This document shows positions 39,198 to 50,801 of a stretch of DNA of 64,000 bases, one piece after another. Source of the stretch: Balanoglossus misakiensis (lineage: Eukaryota; Animalia; Hemichordata). The notes beneath the pieces are model-generated. The model did not search any database. It was not told the origin of the DNA and worked only from the letters and a program-made list of their open reading frames with translations. Numbering within the stretch: the stretch's first letter is position 1; the number at the start of each line of letters is the position of its first letter. The translations under genes were made by a program, and so were the position numbers. The DNA is taken from positions 6,408,266 to 6,472,265 of the forward strand of contig CM082591.2 in assembly GCA_040954595.2 (NCBI GenBank), read 5' to 3'.

Positions 39198-42100
39198 GGA
39201 AAGCTACGAAAATGAAAAAGAAGGTGACTTGTTACATCCAATTCCTTAATTCGTCATAAAGAACAATGCAATCGGTATCAGTCCAGCAAGTGTGTGATCT
39301 AGAAAGAGGAGGCAATAACTACAAAATTGTACATGCGATAGTTCGTACAGTACACAGTTTGGTGTTCAATTGCGATAGAGGACGTTAGCACCATTGCTAT
39401 AGTGTTCCGTATTTTTTTCAAATCAGCGCAATACTTCTTTACCACAAAAGAACTCTTGTGTGATCCAAATCAAGGAATGATGTAACTCAACATTTCAACC
39501 ATAGCTAATCTACATTTAGAAACTTTCTATTTCACTGGCTTTTAATAGTTTCTGGGTTTTTTTTTTATTTGAAATTACCTGTTTGACATACGAATGGTCT
39601 TGGATCTCCACAAGGGACATCATCCCAATCGTGACCGGCGCCTGCCCTGTATACATATAATAAAAACACAACAATTGAAGTATATAGTCATCAGTCCAAT
39701 GGTGACTTCAAAAAGATACATCTAAGCTTAAAGGCCCCTTGGCAGAATTTCCAATATGGCGTTTACTGTAATTTGAATCATGGGAAAAATGCGCCAGAAC
39801 CAACTTCCGCCCAACTTGGTGTGGGCGATACCAGATCCTGATTGGTGTCGCTGCACGACAGCTTGGGCGTATTTGCATAGGCATTGTTCGTAAATTGCGA
39901 CAGATGATATTGCCAATGATATCCAATCTCCAGGAAAAGAAATGAATGTTCTGTGTGTGAATCATTTATAAAGGAAGAGTAAGCTCACCACAGCTGTAAG
40001 CAAGAACCACTTCCGTTTGGTTCCCCTGTTTGCCATGGCTGGTAACTACCCAGTGGCTCGCCCTCAGTGGTGACCCAAGCATTAGACGAGTCTTGCCTGC
40101 CGTTTAACCAGATGTCTGATTGTCCCGCTCCATTGTTCTGGAGTACTTCTACTATCAATGCGTGTTTATCAGCACTTGTGTCTTTCACTAGAGTCAAGCC
40201 GTTTGCGCTGCATGTAGCGCTTGCATCATCGAATGTCTTGGCTTGGGGGAACACCATCATATCTTTGATACAAGAAAAAATACAGTTGTACAGAAAATGC
40301 TGTTAACACCACCACCGTCACAATCTTCACCACCACTAAGACAAGCATCACTTTTCATTTGGTAGGTACGCAATTTTCAATGTGATGTATTTTGCGCCGA
40401 AAACAAACCTAACCATGTAAGTTTTACACTTGCAACACGGGTTTGAGAGACGGATTTTCGTGTGAGAATATATTAATTTGTTGCATAAATTCCGTCGTTT
40501 CAAGAGAAATTACCTTGTTGGCAAACGAATGGCCGTAGCGAGTCACATGGAACATCGTCCCATTTGTGGCCGGACCCGGCCCTGCATATAAGGATAAAGA
40601 ACAAATTGAAGACATATGTGACTGCTAATCTTCACCATAATTAGTTTCATGGAAATATTGGTTACTTCACTAAAATACTGTGGGTTATGTCGCACATAAA
40701 CATCACATCGCAAAAACTGTAATCAACATTATTTAAGAGGTTATATTTCCATGTGTCGTTTTTCTAACTGAATCATACTACATTGTTAGTTCTCAAAACA
40801 CTGCACCCGCGACCTGTACACGATTTGTTTGACAGGAATGTTTTTATATGAACTAAAAGAAATGGTATGAGTAATGTAGCTGTTGAAACTATGGGTTGGA
40901 TGCTAATCACTGACAGCTGCGGACAACTTCTTTTCTCAATGAGCAGTTTCAGTGATCCGACTTGGATCGCAATATTTGCACGGTAACAGAAAACTGTTTA
41001 AAACATGAAGTAAAACATAGCTAAGACAAAAAAAAAAATTGCCGACGTTCGCTTATATCTACAGTGAGTTATTGTCGTTAGTAATCACTCAAGTGATGTA
41101 AACGTTTATCAAAAATTCTCAAGGGGCGATCACTTTGCCAAAAGTCTGGGATTAATTTAGTAAACGTGGGAACTCACCACAGCTGTAAGCAACGACCACT
41201 TCCATTTGGTTCTCCAGTTTGCCATGGCTGGTAACTACCCAGTGGTGGCCCAGCAGTGGTAACCCAAGCATTAGACGAGTCTTGCCTGCCGTTTAACCAG
41301 ATGTCTGATTGTCCCGCTCCATTGCTCTGGAGATGTGCAATGATAACTGAATGCACGTTTGCATTTGCGTCGTGGACAAGCGTCATGCCATTTGCCTGGC
41401 ATGTACTCTGTGCTTCGTCGAACGTCATGGGGTCGGTGAATAGTGTCATCCCGGGGATTTCTGCACAGACACATGATACACGTGTTACGATAATTAGATC
41501 AACGGTGGCAACTGCAGTTGTGTTTTGTGTTTAGTTCAATCTCTGAACAAGAAATCATTTTATCAAACAAACAAACAAACAAACAAACATCTACTCAAAA
41601 TGCCGTGACTTACCATTGCCAAGGTCTGTAGGTATGTTTAGAAGTTTATTAGGTGTTGACGCACGTTGGCTGTCGGACAAACGAGACAGATCAATTTTAT
41701 CTGATGGGGCAGCGTCCAACAATTTATTTAACAGCGTGGTTTGAGTGAGAGATGGGTCCGCTTCAAGCATCAGGGCTGCAACACCTTCGGAAAGTAAAAA
41801 GACATTTATATATTGAGACAGAAGTTATATTTGTAGCGCCCTCACTCAGAAGCATTTGGAGGGGACAGCCTCACTTTGGAAAGGAAGCCATCTTTGATTT
41901 TGTATGTATGTCTTGTGAAGGTGCAGGATTGCCCGTGAGGTAAGTTCATTGAAAGTGCTGAGAAATGCATCGTCTTGTGGTCGTTTCGATATCATGTGAA
42001 CCCGAGCGCTAAGGGGAGGGGTGATTTCTTATGTCGACATGATGTTATTTTCTGACAGTGATGTACCATTCGGGGAAATACAATTCCTATGTTAACGATT

Positions 42101-44635
42101 CGTGTTAAGACAGTCGTGCTGACATTGTTTTAGTAATTAGGATTGATCGAGTTTGGTTTATAGGTTCGGTTAAACCCTGCCCCCCCCCCAAAAAAAAAAA
42201 AAAAATCTGCCAAGCCACTAACCAGCTACATGAGGAGTTGCCATCGAGGTGCCACTCATAGTGGTGTAGCTGGCATCTCCGCTGTGGTAGGCGCTATAGA
42301 CGTCACTTCCGGGTGCCAGAATGTTGACGCAGCTGCCGTGATTTGAGTAAGAAGCGAAGTCGTCATCGGATTCGGTAGCTCCCACTGTGATTGCCTGCAA
42401 CACGCATAAATAGTAGCAAGCAATGTGTCAGTCGCATTGAAGTTTGAATATGTACTGGCGGCCGATACAGATACATGCAATTTTGAAGATAGGCCAAGTC
42501 ATCATCGGATTCGGTCGTTCCTACTGTGATTGCCTGCAACGTAAAATATGGACAATGGCAGTGGTGATAGAGGGGTGTATATTAAAAAACAACACAGTAA
42601 TTTGTATATGTTCAATGATGCAAGATTTACCCTACGGAGTCCAACTGTTGCCATGTTGATATTCAATAACCATACTATAATGGAATCCAAATCAGTCAGC
42701 AAAATACAAACACATTAACCTCATTAGCTCTAAAACCAGGGATTGTTTTACCAACAACCCTTTCACCCCACTTCCTTCCATGCAGGTCCAAGCTTACCAT
42801 AGAAAACAATGGGTTTGGACTGAACCATGGTGGTGAAAAGGGGTAAGACACGCATAGTTCTCGGTCATGATTGCACGTCTACTCTCAGCTTGAAATCCTA
42901 TTACCTCAACGTACTCTAATTGTTTTAAGGGACTGGTCAGTTTCTTCTGCCTGGGGTGGATTCAGATGGGAGGTCACCTTGTTTTGGAATTGGATGATGG
43001 GGTCATCGGGGGGTCACCAACTTTTTCATGTTCACTGAAGTGGTTTGGACACTATACAATCCATAGACCCCCCCCCCCCACACAGGCCGAAGAAACTGAC
43101 CAGTCCCTTAATCGCGGTACTTGTAATGTTATACCTCAGGAGCCGAAGCAGGTGAATAGGAACAGGTGTCTCTATCATCGTTTCCAGCGCAAACGACCAC
43201 GATGTACCCAGCATCAGTTAAACGTTTGACTGCCAAATTCTGAGTTGAGGAGTGTCCACCGTACAACGACATGGATACAACTGCTGGTTTCATATTGGAA
43301 GCGGCGACTGCATCCATACCTCTGAGATTAAGTAACGTCAGCCTGTATGCTCAAGCACTTCTGTACGGATTGCACATTGCAACTTTCATTCACCATGTAT
43401 CAAAACACAAAACATAGCCAACTACAAAGCTTTTCTTTTTTTTCAGACAATTTTGGTGTGATTTATTGCTATATACACACTGTTATAACCTGGTCTCACC
43501 TGCAACAAGGTTACTGGTTGACCCACTACCTTGGCAATTCAAAACACGACCCGCATACAAAGTAACACCAGGCGCCACGCCAACAGTGCTCCCGCCGATA
43601 GTACCAGCACAGTGAGTACCGTGTCCATGACAGTCATTTCCCTGCAAAACGGATAGGCCAAAAGATTTAACACAAACCTCAAATTGTCAAAAGATCCTAA
43701 AAAAATATCGGTGGTATATCTCTTAAGTTGTCTTGAAACAAGAAACTAAGCCTTCTTTTGGTGACACAGTATTGTGAACACGGACGAGCGTTTTTCTTCT
43801 CGTCGGTATTCTGAAAATATTAAAAACTGCAATAAGGTAACATTGGCTCTCCAAGAGGGGCCTTTAACCTCAAACATTGCTCGAAACTTACATTTTGTCC
43901 ATCTGTAAAAGCGTCAAAAAATCTATGCGCTCTACCACCAAACTCGTCATGTGAAAAACGTAGGCCAGTATCCATGACGAAGACATTCACTCCACTACCG
44001 TCCCCTATTAATAGAAGAAGTCGTGTATGTGGTCATCTTTGTCTAACCTATTAAAGTAATTGGTTGACAGCGAATGTGAAATGGTAAGATAGCAAGTGTT
44101 ATTATTACGGTTAATGATTTTATTTAACGTTAACTGAATACCGTAACCATATTGTAATAACCATACTGGTTACCCATGCAATGTAAACTTATGAGTAAAA
44201 AGATATTAACCTTACCTAGTGGTGATGATGAATATATGTTATCCAAAGGCAGGTCTGCTTGATCAATCCTGTCCAAGCCCCATGTCACTGATCCATGGAC
44301 AACTTCGTCTTCCTCAACATAATCCACCTCATCCAACCAACGCAGCTAAATGAAAAAGAAGATGATACTTATTACTACAAGGAACTAACATACATACATA
44401 CATACATACATACGTACATACATACATACATACATACATACATACATACATACATACATACATACATACATACATACATACATACATACATACATACATA
44501 CATACATACATACATACATACATACATACATACATACATACATACATACATACATACATACATACATACATACATACATACATACATACATACATACATC
44601 AATACATACATACATACCTACATACATACATACAT

Positions 44636-44667
<32 letters not shown>

Positions 44668-44706
44668 CATACATACATACATACATACATACATACATAC
44701 ATACAT

Positions 44707-44767
<61 letters not shown>

Positions 44768-44774
44768 TATACAT

Positions 44775-44809
<35 letters not shown>

Positions 44810-45590
44810 TATGACCAGAGGCTTTGAAAACAACGAAACTTACTATTTCGACTGCGTCTGCAGGAACTCTTGCAACAAAACCTTTCATCAGACTTGTCAC
44901 ATTTATTTGGAAGTCAATATGCGACCCATGTTCTTCAGAAAGGGCCTGGAATCTTGCTTCGAAATCTGCCAATTCTTCATCGGTAAGACCGTCCTGAACG
45001 ATAAATGATGTTTAATGAATACACACTGTCGAACTCAGAAATATTTAGCATGAACCATTGAACTTGGACACGGTCATAGAACAGCAACGACCGAACATTT
45101 TGAACATATGTCTTTAGTATGTGTACAACTTGTACAACAAACGAAGGAATGGTGTTCATTCTCCTTCTTTCACTTTAATGATTTTGCTTATCATTAACCA
45201 TATCGAAGTTACATATATACAAAATATACGACCAAACGTGTTTTCATAGGTTATTGTTTTTCCAACATCACAAATAACCATTACACTTGGATCAAAGCAT
45301 AGTATAATCATGAATGTGATTATTTTACATGCTTTTCAGAAGCAGCATGCATTAGTGTAAAATAAAAATCGTTTCCCTACCCTGAGTTTTACAATATATT
45401 CCTGGTCTATCTTCTCGTCTCCAGCAGGAATCAGTGGAGCTTGATGTTCACGTTTGACGAAGCTCGGACGCAGTGCACGGATTCTTCGCTCTTCCTCAAT
45501 CTTCCTCTTGTTTGTGCTGGCAGCTGTGATCTGCACCACAAGCAATCCAAATATGCACAACCAAACCGCCAGGGATTGCGACGCGGTCAT
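39193..45590 (-). CDS. Secreted S8A subtilisin #2: signal + I9 + catalytic domain + 2 C-type lectin domains (EPN/WDD), ~658 aa; possibly splicing-compromised
   Basis: Exons 45590-45381, 44993-44844, 44345-44216, 44004-43892, 43641-43500, 43319-43135, 42394-42223, 41784-41614, 41460-41178, 40581-40514, 40262-39989, 39646-39579, 39203-39193 (1977 nt). DTG, HGTH, GTSMATP are intact; CTLs have WLNG, W..GEPN and WDD.PC....FVC. Exon 6 needs a GAG acceptor. Confidence 0.83.
42489..42533 (-). pseudogene. Truncated duplicate of the exon-7 5' end ([15 protein letters not shown]) with an intact acceptor
   Basis: Matches protease #3 exon 7 and its upstream intron. It lies 139 nt upstream of the complete exon 7, so using its acceptor would frameshift. 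Confidence 0.85.
42925..43111. mobile_element. 179-bp MITE with TTAA duplication in protease #2 intron 6
   Basis: TTAA-GGGACTGGTCAGTTTCTTC.GCCTG ... CAGGC.GAAGAAACTGACCAGTCCC-TTAA. It is absent from the otherwise homologous intron of protease #3 (~53230-53270). Confidence 0.88.
44388..44810. repeat. (CATA)n-(CAGA)n microsatellite in protease #2 intron 2 (paralogous array at 54721-54955)
   Basis: Direct reading; same intron position in both paralogs. Confidence 0.95.
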
Positions 45591-46187
45591 GTTCGTCTGA
45601 AATGCCACGCTGTGAGATAAAACGTGTTAATTATGATAAAAGTGCACGAAACTGACATATGTTCCCGATTTGCTCAGTAAAAAAGTTGTTTCCCTATTGA
45701 ATTACATTTTTAATGAAACTCATGCCATTTCATGAAAATCGACAGATGTAATGTTACTGCTGAATAGTTAACTCTTCAAGAACCAATACCTTTGTTTTCC
45801 ACGACGTACAAAACACAGTTGAAGGAGGTTCAGCAAGAGTCTCCGCTTACCAGTGTCGATGCAACGAAGTGCAGCAGTAACTTTCTCCTCAGAATATTGG
45901 CTTTATAAATGCACTTCTGCGCTATTGGCCTTGTCCAAAAATAATTTTTCATGCATATTAAGTACATTGACCTCTCTAATGTTCCATCAATTTTGTGTTT
46001 CCTTTGATCGAGTGACAGGTAGGTCATCCAGACACACTTTCCACACAATAGAGATTTGAATTTCTTAGTGACACTCCGCCTACATGCTCTTCGCCACGTC
46101 AGCCAAACTGTGGATATTTTTTTAAACTACTGTAAACATGAGGGTTTGCCTTGCTGAGCGTTACACGAGCGCTCCCAGGGAGTTCAG

Positions 46188-46476
46188 GATTCATTCATTC
46201 ATTCATTCATTCATTCATTCATTCATTCATTCATTCATTCATTCATTCATTCATTCATTCATTCATTCATTCATTCATTCATTCATTCATTCACTTACTC
46301 ACTCACTCACTCACTCACCCACCCATCCATCCATTCATCCATCCATCCATCCATCCATCCATCCATCCATCCATCCATCCATCCATCCATCAATCCATTC
46401 ATTCATTCATTCATTCATTCATTCATTCATTCATTCATTCATTCATTCATTCATTCATTCATTCATTCATTCATTC
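46188..46476. repeat. (ATTC)n/(ATCC)n microsatellite upstream of protease #2 (paralogous array at 56363-56715)
   Basis: Direct reading; near-identical flanks (gagttcagga / aaagagcgtccga) in both copies. Confidence 0.95.
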
Positions 46477-49400
46477 ACTCTTTATTTTTTTATTTATTAA
46501 TTTATTTATTTACAACCTTAAAGAGCGTCCGATTTACCTGTTGAGTATATTCATCAGGGCTCGTACAACACAAATTACATAGGAAACTGACGGCATTATT
46601 CTACATGCATCTCTATACTGTTATAGCCATATAATACAAAATTCGTTGTTTCACGGATAACACATATGTTACAGCAGAAATTAGACCAAATGTGGAGAAA
46701 ACATTGGGAATAGTCAAATAACACACGCAAAGCTCTCTTTTGCAAAATAAACAGAGAAAGGGTAGTTGGAGAAGTTACATTCTGTGGCTGCTGCATCTGC
46801 TGCGGAACCATATGAAAATGGGTTTGTAATTTGACACTTTTAGCAGCAACCAATCACGAAGGGTATTGTGTTAACTCAGTCATTGGATATAAATATTTTG
46901 ATAATTTCCCGTGTGTCTGTGTGGGTGTTTGGGGGGGGGGGTGTCTGTGTGTGACCGTGTGTGTCGTGAATCCAGAAATATACCTGCCACGACATCCTAT
47001 AAAATCCCATGCATATTAAATACTTTGAACAAGAGAATGATTGTTATCCATCAAGCTATTTGTTTCCTTCTGAACGAGTGAGAGATAAATCATCCAGACA
47101 CGCTGCCCGCACATTTGCATTTCTTAGTGACATTCCGCCTACATGCTACTCACCAATGCCACGTCAGCCAGACTACGTATCTGTTCGAGCTGCGGTAAAG
47201 ACGAACTTTTGTCTTGCTGATTTTTATATGAGTGTTCCATTTGAGTTCAGGAATTAGCATTATCGCCATCTATATCTCGCAGTATTTTTAACAAAAAGGG
47301 AAAAGCGTAGTTGCGGAAGTTGAATTTTGGAGCTTTATCTATACCTGCTGCAACTGGTATCATATGCAAATGTGCCTGTAACTTGGCACTTTTGGCAACG
47401 ACCATTTTTATTTACGATGGGTGTGGCATTAACTCATTCTCCCTATATGTAGGCTGAGTTAAATAGATCATATCATGTGTGTGTCTCTCTCTCTGTATGT
47501 CTCTGTATGTCTGTGTGTGCTTGTGTGTGTATGCGTGTGTCTAGTGAATAGAGAAATATAGTTGCCATGACATCGTATTTTAATATTTTAACCATTTCCA
47601 GCATTAGCTTTTGCTTTTCGTCAAACTTCTAATTTGACACTTTGTATACCCGCATATATATTACTTTGCTTGGTAATTGCTTTTTTTTGTCTGTGATATA
47701 TTAAAAATACACAAGTACACAACATTAACAAGGACTAAAAATAAAGTAAAACTCGGCAGTGGCCAACAGACTGGACCGTTTAAGCCTCTATATAGAGCTG
47801 TCACTTTAATTTGTATTATTTTCGTGACTTTATTTTCCAACTTAAATTGGTCCATTTAATATCAGGTTCAGACAGGGAACAATTTGAGACACTATTTGCC
47901 TAATGGTAAACATAGAGCATTAATGACAAACAAAACACAACACAATGGTGCCTTCATAATGATATAGGCAGTGGCAATAAGACGAACGCAACAAAACACT
48001 ACATCATGACAAACAAAACACAACATAATGGTGCCTTCCTAATGCTGCATGAGATTCAGAAGAACCTTAACAGCAAAACGGGAAACCATCAAGGCAGTCG
48101 TCTGAAGAACGACACTGTTGGGACAGAGTCCTTACAGCTAGGAAAGTTGAACCTATACACACTGCTGGTATTGAGAAGGCCTAACACACCCACGAGGAGC
48201 TACTAAAGGATCCTGATATTAGACCAGTCTTGTTGTGGATTATAGTTCAATTCAAGAGTTTGACCCTATTGAGTGTTCCCCGTATGGCCAAACAACCAAA
48301 GTTTATTTGTCGGCAATGGGATTTTACACCTTACAATACATGTAAGGTACATAACGCGTAATCCTAACGTACATACATTGTGATGGTGAGGTCATTTTAG
48401 TGTGACCTTTACTGGCTAGTAAGATTTCTTTTGTTTAGGGTGACCAGGTGTTGATGAATATTCATTTGATTGACATGTATAAATTCACAATCATGCTACC
48501 ATGTGGTCAGGCTGCTATTTTTTCGATGGACATTGTGCCGATAACTTCAGTGCTGGGGACTCCATGCTGCTGTTTGGGACTATTTTGCAGGCCGTTTTGT
48601 TCGACTTCAAGGACTTCAGAAGTTGTGAGTGCATGCACACCACTCGGGCCAAAACCAGACTTTGTTGCTGTTTTGTTTGACTTCGAGTTGTAAGTACACA
48701 CCACTCGGACCGAAACCAGACTTTCCTGTACGTCGGAAGTCTTTGACTTTACTGCATATTTGCTCCTCGTGTGCTTCACGACTGGAGTCCTAGCTGAGTA
48801 TACGGAGTGCTGTGTGTGTTGCTCAGTTTGGTTCGCATTCATTGTTTTATGACCTGTGACTCCTTTTTTGCCTGCAACTTAATTTTGTTAGTATAGCGAA
48901 TAGCCATTAAAGGCACATGAGCTGCAACTGGATAAAAAAAATTAAAGTTTTAAATAATCTCGTATGTGCTTTTAATCATGTCTTTTCAATGATATTTCAT
49001 GATAATATATCAAGCTCAACACTTATTTATTACAAAATGGCCAAAAATTACAGAAAAACGAATATTCCTGCAATTTTAAAAAAAGTGCAATATTGCAATG
49101 ACAAATGAAAATCTGATGTCTCAGTGGTGTACATTTACTTCCATGAGCTCAAGTGTATGAGATCATGTTTTGTTTATGAACTATCATAACCGGAAATGCA
49201 ACATTTTCATTGTTTCTTGCATTTTCCCATGGTGGCGGCCATAATCGCCTGCGGCAAAGCTTTATTATTTATCTGGTTAAAACTTGCATACGCACTCATA
49301 TTTAAGGTTTATAATGCTTGTGTATAGTTCACTGCCTTCATCTGCATGGACTAATGGTAGGCAGTATGAAACAAAAATTATGAAAATTATCCCAAAAGTT

Positions 49401-50801
49401 ACAGCTTACGTGCCTTTAAGTACTTTTTATAAAAGGAAAACCACTGACTTCGCCCTTTCTGTCATAACAACATGTAAGTATATTTTATGCTTGAACAATG
49501 AAGCACAAATGTCACATAAATTTCGAAGCAGGTGGACTTTAACTGCAAATTTGAGTGGCAGAGCACTCCCCTCACACGCCATGTGCTGGACCCAAAACCG
49601 AAACCTGGTAACTCCAACCAGTTTTTTGTTTTCGATACTGTCCACCTGACTCCTACTTTTGGGGGGGGGGATCTGCAAAAACAGATGTCGCAGTTGTTTG
49701 GGAGATGTTACTCGGTTTGACGTTAATCGGGTAGACATATTTGTGTATAACCTTCATACGATTTTGTTTGCATTATGGTATGTATCTCAGACGGTAATGA
49801 CCACATCGTGTACATCTGGAGAACATGTCTGTAGCGCCACCAAAGTTCAGCCCTGTTTTCTTGTTTGTTTGTTTGTGTCCATAGTGCAGTGAGAGACTCC
49901 AAGGCGGGCGCTCTCCATCGGAGCTGCTCTGTATGGGCAATGAACAGATCCAGTCCCCTGTCCTGTCCAAGTGTGTATGTAGATACAAAAGGTGGTTGCC
50001 TATAGTAACGTGTGGTTATGTCTCATGAAGACTGTGTAATTGGCATACGGAGTACTTGATATATTAGTGCGGAGTAGAACACGACATTGAATTTGGTACA
50101 AAGAACAAAAATACTGCACATAACGCCTAGCATTGAAGCCATTGTCCCTTTAACTATGCAGTGCAAGGCTTCTATAGGTGTTAGTTTTAATACAGCACTC
50201 GCTCGACTTAGTTTTCACATAATATCACTTTTCTGCGACAAGGATTACTTATGACTAAACGGATTTTTCGCTTATGAACATGACACTTTCGTTGAATACA
50301 CACATGCAACATTTTCTGATGAGGCAGAGTTGAATTATCGCATTGTCTCAAACTTGAATTTCAAAATGGCCGCCTACATCTGCGTTAAGCAAAAAGTGTG
50401 GTTTTCTATCAACCGGACCGTCATCTAGAAGCGGCACCCATTTCCATACGTATGTATCTCTAACCTGACTCGTTGTAATGTCTTCCGTGGCATCTATACA
50501 GTATACGAACAGTTTGAACCATTGAATGAAGGTCGAAGTTTATTATTGCACACAGACAACATATCAAGGTCATAAATATTACATTTATTCCTCAAACATT
50601 TGCAGTGACAAGAATAATCACTTGACAAGACACAGGAAGAAATCGAAGGTACATCAATAATAATTCAGTATATTCATGCATACATATTATATTTATTCCT
50701 TAGATAATTGCAATGCTAAGAAGAAATAGTAAATGTGAACCAATATTCATTGTAGTCATGCAATGCTAGATATTCGTGTTCACTTTGAATTGAAGGCTGA
50801 C

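Noticed and set aside
32218-39203. Idea that the propeller exons are a further C-terminal extension of protease #2
   Set aside because: Phases are compatible, but protease #2 has its own terminal exon homologous to the last exon of #3, with a stop at 39193-39195. Read-through splicing is unsupported without transcripts.
46138-46582. HSFI/HPSI-repeat ORFs (also 56264-56764)
   Set aside because: (ATTC)n/(ATCC)n microsatellite artefacts.
48507-48842. 111-aa minus-strand ORF with a short internal repeat
   Set aside because: No motif or homology recognisable, and no supported exon context.
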